Source: a bacterium (GTDB lineage: Bacteria; Oederibacteriota; JAJYGY01; DAIDJD01). Taken from it: a stretch of DNA of 64,000 bases. Shown in pieces: positions 1 to 11,121 of the stretch. The stretch is taken from the NCBI GenBank assembly GCA_035485275.1, contig DATHOE010000024.1:43334-107333 (forward strand), read 5' to 3'. Below the pieces are notes generated by a model, which saw only the letters and a program-made list of their open reading frames with translations, was not told the origin of the DNA and ran no database searches. Made by a program: the position numbers and the translations under genes. Positions within the stretch are counted from its first letter, which is position 1. Each line of letters starts with the position of its first letter.

Positions 1-1
1 C

Positions 2-592
2 CTGCGCGAGGAGGCGGACAAGGGGCCGGTGACGGCCTTCTGCGAGCAGATCGCGCAGAAGCTGCGCGGGCAGCTTTTCGACGGCGAGGCCCTGCGGGTC
101 AAGGTCGACGGCCGCGACCGCAAGGCCCAGGACAAGCGCTGGGAATGGGTCAAGAAGGGCGCCCCCTTGATCGTGGAGGTGGGCCCCCGCGACCTGGCCA
201 AGGGCGAGGTCTGCTGGATCAACCGCCTGGAGATCGGGAAGAAGAATTTCGAGGCCGCGGACGCCTTCGTGGCCGCGGCGGGCGGGCGCCTGCGGGCCAT
301 ACAGGACGGCCTCTACGCCAGCGCCAAGGCCTACCGCGACGCCAACATCCGCACCGACATCAAGGACCTGGCGGCCTTCAAGGAGTACTTCTCCAAGAAG
401 TCCGCGTACCTGGCCCAGGGGGCCCCGGGCTGGGTGCGCGCGCACTGGTGCGGCGACGAGGCCAGCCTGGCGGTCCTCGACGACCTGGCCGTCACGATCC
501 GCAACATCCCCGCGGACCAAAAGGGGCCCGGCGTCTGCGTGCTTACCGGCAGGCCGGCGGACAAGGAAGTCTATTTCGCGAGGTCGTATTAA
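2..592 (+). CDS. proS: prolyl-tRNA synthetase, C-terminal portion (5' end lies upstream of window)
   Basis: Frame open to the window edge. Class II aaRS anticodon-binding/C-terminal region motifs (KKGAPLIVEVGPRDLAKGEV...) and a terminal ...VYFARSY typical of archaeal/eukaryote-like ProRS. Confidence 0.75.
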   Translation: MREEADKGPVTAFCEQIAQKLRGQLFDGEALRVKVDGRDRKAQDKRWEWVKKGAPLIVEVGPRDLAKGEVCWINRLEIGKKNFEAADAFVAAAGGRLRAIQDGLYASAKAYRDANIRTDIKDLAAFKEYFSKKSAYLAQGAPGWVRAHWCGDEASLAVLDDLAVTIRNIPADQKGPGVCVLTGRPADKEVYFARSY

Positions 593-1767
593 TGGCCGTG
601 AAAGTCGCCTTTTTCACCGACACCTATTACCCCCAGGTCAACGGACTGGTGACGAGCATAGCCACGGCCAAGGCCGACCTGGAGCGCATGGGCAACGAGG
701 CCGAGATCTACGCCCCCTACCTCGGCCCCTGGGCCGACGGCCCGGACATCTTCCGTTTGAAGGGCTTCGTCTACATCCCCCAGCCGGAGTACACCTTCGT
801 GCTGCCCTGGGGGCGCGGCTTCCGCCTTTCGCGCCTGCGGCCCAACGGCGTGCAGATCATCCACAGCCACGCCATGTTCGGGTCGGGCTTCGTGGCCCTG
901 TACTGCGCCTGGCGCCAGAAGCTGCCCCTGCTGATGACCTACCACACGCTGTTCGAGGACTACGTCCACTATTTCCCCTACCTGCCGGCGCCCTTCGTGC
1001 GCTGGGCCAACAAGGTGCTGACGCGGTGGATGTGCAACCGCTGCACCCTGGTCATCGCGCCCACCCCGGCCATCCGCGACGTCCTGCGCTCCTACGGCGT
1101 CGAACACCGCATCGAGGTGCTCCCCACCGGGCTGGACGCGCAGGTCTTCGTCAAGAGCGGCGTCCACAAATCCAAATACGGGGCCGCCGACCACGAGCTC
1201 CTGCTGAGCTGCGCCGGCCGCACGGGGCGTGAAAAGAACATGGACCTCCTCATCGACGCCCTGGCCAAGATCGCGCCGGAAGTGCCGCCCTTCAAGCTGG
1301 TCATCGCCGGCGACGGGCCCGAGCGTGCGCGCCTGGAGCAGAGGGTCAAGGACCGGGGCCTGGCCGGACGGGTGGTCATCCTGGGATACATCCCCCGCGC
1401 GGACGTCCTGGACCTCATGGAGGCCAGCGACCTCTTCGTTTTCCCGAGCGTGACCGAAACCCAGGGCATGGTGGTGATCGAGGCCATGGGCCGGGGCACC
1501 CCGGTTCTGGGCGCCGACGCCCTGGGCGTGGGCTGGATGATGAAACAAGGCGCCGCCCCCGGCGAAGCCCGCGGCGGCTGGCTGGCCAAGGCCGACGACG
1601 GCGAGGACTACGCCGCCAAGCTGAAGATGGTGATGAATGACCCGGCCGCCAGGGCGGCCAAAGCCGCGGAAACCACGGCCATGGCCCTCGAGTATCAATC
1701 TGAGGTATTGAACAAGACCTTGGCCGGCTATTACGAAGAAATGCTTCGGGACCCCAAAAACCTTTAG
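592..1767 (+). CDS. glycosyltransferase family 4 (GT-B, group 1)
   Basis: In-frame ATG overlaps the proS stop (TAATG). N-terminus MAVKVAFFTDTYYPQVNGLV and a C-terminal EX7E-like region (FVFPSVTETQGMVVIEAMGRGTPV) are typical of GT4 enzymes. Confidence 0.8.
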   Translation: MAVKVAFFTDTYYPQVNGLVTSIATAKADLERMGNEAEIYAPYLGPWADGPDIFRLKGFVYIPQPEYTFVLPWGRGFRLSRLRPNGVQIIHSHAMFGSGFVALYCAWRQKLPLLMTYHTLFEDYVHYFPYLPAPFVRWANKVLTRWMCNRCTLVIAPTPAIRDVLRSYGVEHRIEVLPTGLDAQVFVKSGVHKSKYGAADHELLLSCAGRTGREKNMDLLIDALAKIAPEVPPFKLVIAGDGPERARLEQRVKDRGLAGRVVILGYIPRADVLDLMEASDLFVFPSVTETQGMVVIEAMGRGTPVLGADALGVGWMMKQGAAPGEARGGWLAKADDGEDYAAKLKMVMNDPAARAAKAAETTAMALEYQSEVLNKTLAGYYEEMLRDPKNL

Positions 1768-1785
1768 TTTCAACGGTTTTTCTTA

Positions 1786-1815
1786 AAACCGCCCCTGCAT
1801 CGCCGGGGGCGGTTT
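1786..1815 (+). terminator. possible weak intrinsic terminator after the GT4 gene (CCGCCCC-loop-GGGGCGG then TTTGG)
   Basis: Inverted repeat read directly from the sequence, but the T-tract is short; weak. Confidence 0.25.
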
Positions 1816-1868
1816 GGAAAAATCCTTTGTTTACAAGCATTTTTAAGATCGATCCGCGCGTTTTTGCC

Positions 1869-1897
1869 TTCAAAATCGATTTTATTCTTGTTATAAT
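1869..1897 (+). promoter_or_regulatory. sigma70-like promoter for tmk (TTCAAA-N17-TATAAT)
   Basis: Read directly in an AT-rich intergenic stretch: TTCAAA at 1869-1874, 17-nt spacer, perfect TATAAT at 1892-1897; the tmk TTG start at 1932 is preceded by GGGGG. Confidence 0.4.
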
Positions 1898-1931
1898 CCG
1901 ACGCTAATTATTGGATTAAAAGGGGGTTTCT

Positions 1932-2573
1932 TTGGCCAAAAAAACGGGCCTCTTGGTCACCCTTGAAGGTTCGGACGGCGCGGGCAAGACGACCCAGGCG
2001 CTGCTCCTGGCCGCCGCCCTTAAACGCGCCGGGCGCAAGGTCTGCCTCACGAAAGAGCCCGGCGGATCCCCCCTGAGCGCCAGGATCCGGGCTTTGCTTC
2101 TGGATCCGGACATGCGGGGCCTTCAGGCCGGCGCGGAACTGCTGCTGTTCGCGGCGGACCGGCGCCAGCATGTCTCCGACACCATAGCCCCGGCCCTGCG
2201 CAGGGGCGACATTGTACTATGCGACCGTTTCACGGACTCCACCCTCGCGTACCAGGGCGCCGGAAGGGCGGTCGCCGGGCCTGAGGTCGCATGGATCACC
2301 CGCTTCGCGGCCCAGGGCCTGGTGCCGGACTTGACCCTGTTTTTCGACCTGCCCGTGGCCGAAGGCCTGCTCAGGGCCCGGAAACGCAAGGGAAGCCTGG
2401 ACCGCATGGAGGGCATGGAGCCTGCCACCCTGGAGCGGGTGCGGCGGGCATTCCTGGGCCTGCACCGGCGTGAACCCGGCCGCATGAAACGCATCCAAGT
2501 CCTGGGCCGCAGGCCCGAGGAAATCTGCGCCGAAGCCATGGGCCTGTTGGCGCCACTTCTGGGGAAGCGATGA
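1932..2573 (+). CDS. tmk: thymidylate kinase
   Basis: LVTLEGSDGAGKTTQ P-loop with typical dTMP kinase length and lid region; TTG start. Confidence 0.9.
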   Translation: MAKKTGLLVTLEGSDGAGKTTQALLLAAALKRAGRKVCLTKEPGGSPLSARIRALLLDPDMRGLQAGAELLLFAADRRQHVSDTIAPALRRGDIVLCDRFTDSTLAYQGAGRAVAGPEVAWITRFAAQGLVPDLTLFFDLPVAEGLLRARKRKGSLDRMEGMEPATLERVRRAFLGLHRREPGRMKRIQVLGRRPEEICAEAMGLLAPLLGKR

Positions 2574-3541
2574 CTGCGCAGCGTTTCCCGCACCTAGTGG
2601 GACAGCCCTTCGCCCGCCGCATCCTTGGCTCGGCCCTGGATTCGGGGCGCGGAGCCTCGGCCTACCTCTTCGAGGGGCCTCCGGGCTGCGGAAAGAAAAC
2701 GGCCGCCCTGGACCTGGCGGCGGCGCTGGTCGGCGCCGAATCGCCGGAAGGCGAGGAAGGCGCCTGGAGCCGGGCCTCCCGCCGCATGCATCCGGACATC
2801 CGCCTCTTCGCGCCGGAGGGCGCCAGCTTCAAGGTGCAACAGGTCGAACATCTGCTGGCCGAAGCCTCCCTGCGCCCCTTTGAAGGCACGCGCAAGGTCT
2901 TCATCCTGGACCGGGCCGAGGACCTCACCGCCGGCGCCGCCAACCGGCTGCTCAAGCCCATTGAGGAGCCGCCGGACGGCATGACCTGGATCCTGGTCAC
3001 GACCCAGCGCTCGGTCGTCCCAGCGACCATCGCCTCGCGCTGCCAGAGCCTGCGCTTCTATCCGCTCGACGAGGCCAGCCTGAGGACCGTGCTGGAGCGG
3101 GAGCTGTCCGTGGACGCCCGCAGGGCCCGAGACCTGGCCGCGCTCTCCGGCGGCAGCGTGCGCTTGGCGGCCTGGTACCAGGGCGCCGAAGGCCGGGCCC
3201 AGGTGCAGGAGGCCGAGAACTTCCTAGAGGCCGCCGCCTCGGGCTCCTTGGCGCGTTTGCTGGACTGGGTGGAAGCGGCCCAGCACGAGCGCCGCGGATT
3301 GGACCGCCTTCTCGGCGTGGTGTGGGTGCTCCTGCGGGAGCGCTGGATCACGGCCGCCGAACTGCCCGCGCACCTGCGGCTGATGCACGGGGCGCCGGCG
3401 CACGGCGGGGGCCTGTCGAAGGAGGCCCTGGCCGCGCTGATGCAGGCGCTGGTGCGCTGCCAGATGGCCCTGGGGCGCAACGCCAACAACGCCCTGGCCC
3501 TGACTGCCTTCGCGCTGGCCGGCGCCGGTTCCCGCCCCTGA
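2570..3541 (+). CDS. holB: DNA polymerase III delta-prime subunit
   Basis: GPPGCGKKTAA Walker A and ...ILVTTQ... SRC-type motif (IASRCQSLRF); 4-nt overlap with the tmk stop. Confidence 0.85.
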   Translation: MTAQRFPHLVGQPFARRILGSALDSGRGASAYLFEGPPGCGKKTAALDLAAALVGAESPEGEEGAWSRASRRMHPDIRLFAPEGASFKVQQVEHLLAEASLRPFEGTRKVFILDRAEDLTAGAANRLLKPIEEPPDGMTWILVTTQRSVVPATIASRCQSLRFYPLDEASLRTVLERELSVDARRARDLAALSGGSVRLAAWYQGAEGRAQVQEAENFLEAAASGSLARLLDWVEAAQHERRGLDRLLGVVWVLLRERWITAAELPAHLRLMHGAPAHGGGLSKEALAALMQALVRCQMALGRNANNALALTAFALAGAGSRP

Positions 3542-3548
3542 GGCGACC

Positions 3549-4331
3549 TTGGCCCTGAGCTTCATCGACACGCATGTGCACCTGGACGACGAGCGCTACC
3601 GGGAGGACCGCGACGCGGTGCTCCGGCGTTCGCGCGGCGCCGGGGTCTGGCCCCTGGTCTCCATCGGCACCCGCCTGGCGGACAGCGCCTGGGCCGCGGA
3701 CTTCGCCGGCGCCCACGAAGGGGTCTACGCCACCGTGGGCCAGCACCCGGAGCTGGCCGGGGAATACGAGCCCTCCCAGCTCGGGCTGTTCCGCGAACAG
3801 GCGCGCAAGCCCAAGGTGGTGGCCATCGGCGAGGTGGGGCTGGATTTCCACCGCCCCGGTTTCGACGCGCGGGCGCAGGAAGGCGTGTTCCGGGCCATGC
3901 TGGCCTTGGCGCGGGAACTGCAGCTGCCGCTGGTGATCCACAACCGCGAGGCCTCCTCCGAGGTCCTGCGCGTCCTGCGGGAAGCCTGGGATCCCTCCCT
4001 GGGCGGGGTCTTCCACTGCTACGCCGGGGACGCGGCCACGGCCAAGGCCGCGGTCGACCTGAACTTCGACATCGCGGTGGGCGGGGTGCTCACCTTCAAG
4101 AACGCGCAGGCCCTGCGCGAGGTCGTCGCCGGGCTGCCCTTGGAGCGCCTGGTCCTGGAGACCGACGGGCCCTGGCTGGCCCCGCAGGCCTGGCGCGGGC
4201 AGCGCAACGAACCGGCCTACATCCCCGCCGTGGCGGCCGAGCTGGCGCGCTTGAAGGGCGTGGACCTCGAGACGGTGGCCGAGGCCACCACCGCCAACGC
4301 GCGCAGGCTGTTCCGCCTGGACCGCGGATAG
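3549..4331 (+). CDS. tatD: TatD-family metal-dependent DNase/hydrolase
   Basis: N-terminal FIDTHVHLDD metal-binding motif, internal GEVGLDFH, and C-terminal ...LVLETDGPWLAP. Confidence 0.85.
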   Translation: MALSFIDTHVHLDDERYREDRDAVLRRSRGAGVWPLVSIGTRLADSAWAADFAGAHEGVYATVGQHPELAGEYEPSQLGLFREQARKPKVVAIGEVGLDFHRPGFDARAQEGVFRAMLALARELQLPLVIHNREASSEVLRVLREAWDPSLGGVFHCYAGDAATAKAAVDLNFDIAVGGVLTFKNAQALREVVAGLPLERLVLETDGPWLAPQAWRGQRNEPAYIPAVAAELARLKGVDLETVAEATTANARRLFRLDRG

Positions 4332-4361
4332 GCGTCCGAAGTTGTTTCAAGCCATGAGGAT

Positions 4362-5384
4362 TTGCCCATGATCCAGGACTGTATTCGCAGCGCCGTCGGC
4401 GGCGACAGCCTCACCCAGGCCCAGGCCGAGGAGGTCATGCAGGAGATCCTGGAGGGGCAGGCCAGCCCCGCCCAGATCGCCGGCCTGGCCGTGGCCCTGC
4501 GCATGAAGGGCGAGACCGTCGACGAACTGACGGGCTTCGCCAAGGTCATGCGGGCCAAGGGCCTCAGCGTGCCGCACAAGCACCCGGTGGTGCTGGACAC
4601 CTGCGGCACCGGGGCGGACGGCAGCAAGACCTTCAGCATCAGCACCACCACGGCCCTGGTGGCGGCCGGGGCGGGCGTGGTGGTGGCCAAGCACGGCAAC
4701 CGGGCCATGAGCTCCTCCACGGGCTCGGCCGACGTCCTGCAGGCCCTGGGCGTGGCGGTGGAGCTGACCGAAGCCCAGGTCGGCCGCTGCATCGACGAGA
4801 TCGGCATGGGCTTCATGTTCGCCCAGGCCTTCCACCCCGCCATGAGGCACGCGGCCGCGCCGCGCCGCGAGCTGGGGGTGCGCACCTTCTTCAACCTGCT
4901 GGGCCCGCTCAGCAACCCCGCCGGGGCGAAGCGCCAGATCGTGGGCGTGTTCGACGGCGACTTCGTGGAGCCGGTGGCGGAGGTGCTCGCGCGCCTGGGG
5001 ACCGAGCACGCCTGGGTGGTGCACGGGCTCGACGGCATGGACGAGCTGAGCACCTGCGACGAGACGCGCGTGGCCGAGGTCAAGGGCGCCAAGGTGCGGA
5101 GCTTCTACGTCAACGCCGGCGACCTGGGGATCGAGCAGGCCCTCCCCCGCGACCTGGCGGGCGGCGACGCCCAGACCAACGCCCGCATGACCCTGGCCGT
5201 GCTCAAGGGCGAGAAGGGCCCGCACCGCGACATCGTCCTGCTCAACGCCGCCGCGGCCCTCCTGGTCGCCGGCGCCGCGGAGAGCATCCAGGCGGCCCTG
5301 CCCCTGGCCGTGCGCAGCATCGACAGCGGCGCCGCCGCCGCGAAATTGGACGCTTTAAAGCGATTAAGCAGCAGCTTCACCTGA
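4362..5384 (+). CDS. trpD: anthranilate phosphoribosyltransferase
   Basis: LDTCGTGADGSKTFSISTTTALVAAGAGVVVAKHGNRA glycine-rich PRPP-binding region typical of TrpD. Confidence 0.9.
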   Translation: MPMIQDCIRSAVGGDSLTQAQAEEVMQEILEGQASPAQIAGLAVALRMKGETVDELTGFAKVMRAKGLSVPHKHPVVLDTCGTGADGSKTFSISTTTALVAAGAGVVVAKHGNRAMSSSTGSADVLQALGVAVELTEAQVGRCIDEIGMGFMFAQAFHPAMRHAAAPRRELGVRTFFNLLGPLSNPAGAKRQIVGVFDGDFVEPVAEVLARLGTEHAWVVHGLDGMDELSTCDETRVAEVKGAKVRSFYVNAGDLGIEQALPRDLAGGDAQTNARMTLAVLKGEKGPHRDIVLLNAAAALLVAGAAESIQAALPLAVRSIDSGAAAAKLDALKRLSSSFT

Positions 5385-5394
5385 AAGGACACCA

Positions 5395-6195
5395 GTGGAA
5401 AACGTGCTCAAAAAGATCGTCGCCAACCGCAGGAAAGAGGTCGAGGCCCTCAAGGCGGCCCTTCCCGTGGACAAGATACTCGAACGGCTGGTGAACGCCC
5501 CGGCCGGCCGTTCCTTCAAGGGCGCCATGAAGGCGGTGAAGGGCATGGCCCTGATCGCCGAGATCAAGAGGGCCAGCCCGAGCAAGGGCCCCCTGATGGG
5601 GCCCCGGCAGACGGTGGCCAAGCTGGCGGCGATCTACGCGGCCTCCGGCGCCACGGCCGTCAGCGTCGTGACCGAATCGAAGTTCTTCAAGGGCGACGGC
5701 GCCATGATCGACGAGGTCAAGAAGGCCTGCCCCCTGCCCGTCCTGCGCAAGGATTTCATCGTCGACCCCTGGCAGCTGTATGAAAGCAAGCTGCTGCGCG
5801 CCGACGCCGTGCTGCTCATCGCGGCCCTCCTGCCCGAGCCGCGCGAGCTCAAGCGCATGATCGTGGCGGCCAACAACCTCTCGCTCACCCCCTTGGTCGA
5901 GGTGCACACGCCCGACGAGCTCAAGCGCGCCCTGCGCGCCGAAGCCGAATACATCGGGGTCAACAACCGCAACCTGGCCACCTTCAAGGTGGACCTGAAG
6001 GTGACCGAGAAGCTGATCAAGCTTGCGCCCGAGGAGAAGTTCGTGGTCAGCGAAAGCGGCATCGCCTCGGTGGCCGACGCCGAAAGGCTGTGGAAGATGG
6101 GCGTGCGCGGGGTCCTGGTGGGCGAGGCCCTCATCAAGGCCAAGGACACCGGCGCCCTGGCGTCCGGGATCTCCGCCGTCGGCAAGATAGGCTGA
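5395..6195 (+). CDS. trpC: indole-3-glycerol phosphate synthase
   Basis: IAEIKRASPSKG and ...LRKDFIVDPWQ... IGPS motifs; GTG start. Confidence 0.9.
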   Translation: MENVLKKIVANRRKEVEALKAALPVDKILERLVNAPAGRSFKGAMKAVKGMALIAEIKRASPSKGPLMGPRQTVAKLAAIYAASGATAVSVVTESKFFKGDGAMIDEVKKACPLPVLRKDFIVDPWQLYESKLLRADAVLLIAALLPEPRELKRMIVAANNLSLTPLVEVHTPDELKRALRAEAEYIGVNNRNLATFKVDLKVTEKLIKLAPEEKFVVSESGIASVADAERLWKMGVRGVLVGEALIKAKDTGALASGISAVGKIG

Positions 6196-6284
6196 GCGTG
6201 CCCGCCCGGCGCCCGGCGTCCAAGCGGGTCCCCCCGCGCGCCCGCGCGGCGCGGCCCGCGCCGCCCCTCGCGAAGCTTCCGCGG

Positions 6285-6899
6285 GTGAAGATCTGCGGCC
6301 TGCGCTCCCTCGACGACGCACTGGCGGCCGTGGAGGCCGGGGCCGACGCCCTGGGCTTCAATTTTTGGAAGGGCACGCCGCGCCACGTGGACCTGAGGAC
6401 GGCCGCGCGCATCATCGCGGCGCTGCCGCCCTTCGTGGCGACGGTGGCGGTGTGGGTGGACCCCAGCGAGGCCCAGGTGCGCGAAGCCCTGGGCGCCTGC
6501 CGCTGGAGCGCCCTGCAGTTCAGCGGCGAGGAGCCGGAGGCGCTGCTGGCGTCCTTCCCGCCTGATCTCGTCCTGCGCACGGCCCGGCTCAAGGACGCCC
6601 GGGGCCTGCGCCTGGCCCGCGGCCTGCCGCGCTGCGCGGCGGTCCTGGTGGACGCCGGGGTCGCGGGATCCTACGGAGGCACGGGACGCCTGGCGCGCTG
6701 GGACCTGGCCAAGGCCCTGGCCCGCGAGCGGTGCGTGGTGCTGGCCGGCGGCCTCCATGCCGGCAACGTCGCCGATGCGGTAGCCCAGGTCCGGCCCTAC
6801 GCCGTGGATGTCGCCTCGGGGGTTGAATCCGCGCCCGGAAAGAAAGACAGGGCCAAGATGGCGGCCTTCGTGCGGGCCGCCAAATCGGCCGCCGCTTAA
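6285..6899 (+). CDS. trpF: phosphoribosylanthranilate isomerase (start uncertain: GTG 6285, or GTG 6198 with a Pro/Arg-rich extension)
   Basis: VKICGLRSLDDALAAVEAGADALGFNFW is a typical PRAI N-terminus; the track ORF start at 6090 overlaps trpC and is rejected. Confidence 0.8.
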   Translation: MKICGLRSLDDALAAVEAGADALGFNFWKGTPRHVDLRTAARIIAALPPFVATVAVWVDPSEAQVREALGACRWSALQFSGEEPEALLASFPPDLVLRTARLKDARGLRLARGLPRCAAVLVDAGVAGSYGGTGRLARWDLAKALARERCVVLAGGLHAGNVADAVAQVRPYAVDVASGVESAPGKKDRAKMAAFVRAAKSAAA

Positions 6900-6920
6900 G
6901 GCAGAGGTACAGGGGAAACC

Positions 6921-8195
<1,275 letters not shown>

Positions 8196-8197
8196 GC

Positions 8198-8995
8198 ATG
8201 GAACGACTGCGCGAATGCTTCGCGGCCGCGGCCGCCGCGAAGAAAAAGGCCTACATCGGCTACGCCATGGCCGGCTTCCCGTCCCTGGGCGCCGACCTCG
8301 AGCTGGCGCGGGCCGTGCTGGAGTCAGCCGACGTCCTGGAGCTGGGCGTGCCCTTTTCCGACCCCATCGCCGACGGCGTCGTGCTCCAGCGCTGCGCCGA
8401 GAGGGCGCTGGCGGCCGGCGGCGGGCTGGCGCGGGCCCTGGAAATGGCCCAGACCCTGCGCGCCGAGACGGACAAGCCCCTGGTCCTGATGAGCTACCTC
8501 AACCCGCTGCTGGCCTGGGGCCTGGACAGCTTCGCCCACCGCGCCAAGGCCGCGGGCGTGGACGGCCTGGTCCTGCCCGACCTGCCCCCCGAGGAGGCGG
8601 CCGAAATCCTGCCGGCCCTGAGGGGCGCGGGGCTCGACGTGGTGTTCCTGGCCGCGCCGACCAGCACCGCGCGCCGCCTGAAGGCCATCGCCAAGGCCGC
8701 CAGCGGGTTCATCTACGTGGTTTCCGTGGCCGGCGTCACCGGCGAGCGGCGGGCCTTCGACGGCCGCCTGGAGAGGACCGTGCGGGACCTGCGCGCGGCC
8801 ACGCGCCTGCCCCTGGCCATCGGCTTCGGCATATCCAGCCCGGAGACGGCGCGCGAAGCCGCCAAGATGGCCGACGGGGTGGTGGTCGCCAGCACGGTGC
8901 TCAAGGCGGTCCTGGACGCCCCCGACGGCGCAGCGGGCCTGAGGGCCGCCCGCGAACGCAGCGTCCTGCTCGCCCGTTCCCTGATGGAGGCCTGA
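8198..8995 (+). CDS. trpA: tryptophan synthase alpha chain
   Basis: 265-aa protein MERLREC...AYIGYAMAGFPS...LELGVPFSDPIADG..., typical of TrpA; starts 3 nt after the trpB stop. Confidence 0.9.
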   Translation: MERLRECFAAAAAAKKKAYIGYAMAGFPSLGADLELARAVLESADVLELGVPFSDPIADGVVLQRCAERALAAGGGLARALEMAQTLRAETDKPLVLMSYLNPLLAWGLDSFAHRAKAAGVDGLVLPDLPPEEAAEILPALRGAGLDVVFLAAPTSTARRLKAIAKAASGFIYVVSVAGVTGERRAFDGRLERTVRDLRAATRLPLAIGFGISSPETAREAAKMADGVVVASTVLKAVLDAPDGAAGLRAARERSVLLARSLMEA

Positions 8996-10197
8996 TGTCC
9001 ACGGAACTTGAAACCCTGCGCGCGAAGGTCCTCGAGCAGGCCGCCGAGCTGGACTCCCTGCGGACTGCCATGAGCGGCTCGGCCCTGGTGGGCAGCGAAC
9101 AGCTGCGGCGCCTGGAGGCCCTGGCCGACGCCAGCACCGTGATCAATTCCACGCTGGACCTCAAGCAGCTGCTGAAGCTGGTGATGGAGCTGGCGGCCCG
9201 CTCCCTGAGGGCGGAGGCCGGCAGCATCCTGCTGAAGGACAAGGCCACCGGGGACCTGCTCTTCGACGTGGCCACGGGATCCTCGGCCGAGGCCATGAAG
9301 ACCATCCGCGTGCCGCGCGGCCAGGGCATCGCGGGCCACGTGGCCGAGACCGCCGAGTGCGTGCTGGTGCCGGACTGCGACAAGGACCCGCGCTTCTTCA
9401 AGGACGCCGACAAGAAAAGCAAGTTCGTGACCCGCAACATCGTGGCGGTGCCGCTCATCGCCCGCGGCCAGACCATCGGCGTGGTGGAGGTGCTCAACCG
9501 CCTTGAGGGCACCTTCGACGACGGCGACCTGATGCTGCTGCGGGCCCTGGGCCACCAGAGCGCGGTGGCCATCCAGAACGCCCAGCTCTTCCAGGACGTG
9601 GAGAGCGGCTTCCTGTCCACCGTGAAGGCCCTGGCCCAGGCCGTGGACGCCAAGGACAGCTACACCGCCGGCCATTCCAGCCGGGTGACCCAGTACAGCG
9701 TCATCATCGCCGAGGAGCTCGGGCTCGACGCCGACCTCGTGCGCAGGGTGCGGCTGTCCGGCCTCCTGCACGACGTGGGGAAGATCGGCATCGGCGACAG
9801 CGTGCTGGGCAAGCCCGGCAAGCTGACGGACGAGGAGTTCGCGCTGATGAAGACGCACCCGGCGGTGGGCGGGCACATCCTCGAGCCGGTGGCCCAGCTG
9901 GCCGACGTGATCCCGGGCGTCATCAGCCACCACGAGCGCTTCGACGGCCGCGGCTATCCGCGCGGGCTCAAGGGCGAGGAGATCCCCCTGCAGGGCCGCA
10001 TCATCGGCGTGGCCGACGCCTTCGACGCCATGACCTCGCACCGCGTCTACCGGCCCCGGCTGTCCGACGAGGTCGCCATCGCCGAACTCAAGAAGTACAG
10101 CGGCACCCAGTTCGACAGCCGCATGGTCGACGCCTTTTTGGAGGCCTTCAACAAGGGCCTGATCGTCACCGACCAGTCCCCGCCGGCCGGGGCTTAG
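8995..10197 (+). CDS. GAF-domain plus HD-GYP-domain protein (predicted c-di-GMP phosphodiesterase)
   Basis: ATG overlaps the trpA stop (TGATG). N-terminal GAF region and a C-terminal HD-GYP domain with HDVGK ... HHERFDGRGYP motifs. Confidence 0.85.
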   Translation: MSTELETLRAKVLEQAAELDSLRTAMSGSALVGSEQLRRLEALADASTVINSTLDLKQLLKLVMELAARSLRAEAGSILLKDKATGDLLFDVATGSSAEAMKTIRVPRGQGIAGHVAETAECVLVPDCDKDPRFFKDADKKSKFVTRNIVAVPLIARGQTIGVVEVLNRLEGTFDDGDLMLLRALGHQSAVAIQNAQLFQDVESGFLSTVKALAQAVDAKDSYTAGHSSRVTQYSVIIAEELGLDADLVRRVRLSGLLHDVGKIGIGDSVLGKPGKLTDEEFALMKTHPAVGGHILEPVAQLADVIPGVISHHERFDGRGYPRGLKGEEIPLQGRIIGVADAFDAMTSHRVYRPRLSDEVAIAELKKYSGTQFDSRMVDAFLEAFNKGLIVTDQSPPAGA

Positions 10198-10226
10198 CTT
10201 GAACACCGCATCGCAGAAAGGGCTCC

Positions 10227-11087
10227 ATGGCCTGGTTTAAACGGGAAAAATACACCATCGTCCGCGCGGAAAGGGACGGCAAGGAATCCAACATCCCCAG
10301 CGGGCTGTTCAGCAAGTGCGACACCTGCAGCGAGATGATGACGGCCAAGGAGCTGGAGGACAGCTTCAGGGTCTGCAAGAAGTGCGGATTCCACTTCCCG
10401 CTCTCGTCGGCGGACCGGGTGCGCCTTCTGATCGACGAGGGCACTTGGACGCCCCGGCCGGCCCCGGTCGTCGGCGGGGACCCCCTCGGCTTCCCCGAAT
10501 ACGCGGAGAAGCTCAAGGCCGCCCGCAAGAAGACGGGCATGGGCGACGCCGTCGTGACCGGGACGGGGAAGCTCGCGGGCCTCGACCTGGCGCTGGGCAT
10601 CACCGATTTCGCCTTCATGGGCGGCAGCATGGGATCGGTGGTCGGGGAGGAGCTCACCCGGCTGATCGAGCACGCCACCGAGGCGCGCCTCCCCCTGGTG
10701 CTGGTCTCGGGTTCCGGGGGCGGCGCCCGCATGCAGGAGGCCATCCTCAGCCTGATGCAGATGGCCAAGACCTCCGCCGCCCTCGCCCGCCTCGGGCGCG
10801 CCGGCCTGCCCTACATCTCCGTGCTGACCCATCCCACCGGCGGCGGCGTGACCGCCAGCTGGGCCATCCTGGGCGACCTCAACGTGGCCGAGCCCGGCGC
10901 CCTGATCATGTTCGCCGGCGCGAGGGTCATCGAACAGACCATACGGCAGCGCCTGCCCAAGGACTTCCAGCGCGCCGAGTTCCTGCAGGAGCACGGCGTC
11001 GTGGACCGGGTGGTGCACCGCCACAAGCTCAAGGAGACGCTGGCCCTGATGCTGTCCTACCTGCGACCCACCCAGGCGTCCCGGTGA
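10227..11087 (+). CDS. accD: acetyl-CoA carboxylase carboxyltransferase beta subunit
   Basis: N-terminal C4 zinc ribbon (CDTCSEMM...CKKCGFH) followed by a carboxyltransferase domain (GGSMGSVVGEE...). Confidence 0.9.
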   Translation: MAWFKREKYTIVRAERDGKESNIPSGLFSKCDTCSEMMTAKELEDSFRVCKKCGFHFPLSSADRVRLLIDEGTWTPRPAPVVGGDPLGFPEYAEKLKAARKKTGMGDAVVTGTGKLAGLDLALGITDFAFMGGSMGSVVGEELTRLIEHATEARLPLVLVSGSGGGARMQEAILSLMQMAKTSAALARLGRAGLPYISVLTHPTGGGVTASWAILGDLNVAEPGALIMFAGARVIEQTIRQRLPKDFQRAEFLQEHGVVDRVVHRHKLKETLALMLSYLRPTQASR

Positions 11088-11121
11088 CGCCGCGCCCGCC
11101 CGCCGCCCCGAGGGAGCGACC

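Noticed and set aside
145-1767. N-terminal extensions of several track ORFs (145-1767, 6090-6899, 8215-10197, 14419-14949, 15053-16678, 35612-37006, 38938-40479, 49512-50246, 50173-53967, 56614-57588, 61287-62045)
   Set aside because: The extended 5' parts overlap upstream genes and are R/P/G-rich. Real starts were placed at internal Met/Val supported by family N-termini and RBS context.
589-1773. 394-aa minus-strand ORF antisense to the GT4 gene
   Set aside because: Arg/Gly/His/Pro-rich shadow ORF typical of the reverse strand of high-GC coding DNA; the sense strand carries clear GT4 motifs.
8713-10206. 497-aa minus-strand ORF antisense to the GAF/HD-GYP gene
   Set aside because: Shadow ORF; no motifs; sense-strand gene has HD and GYP signatures.
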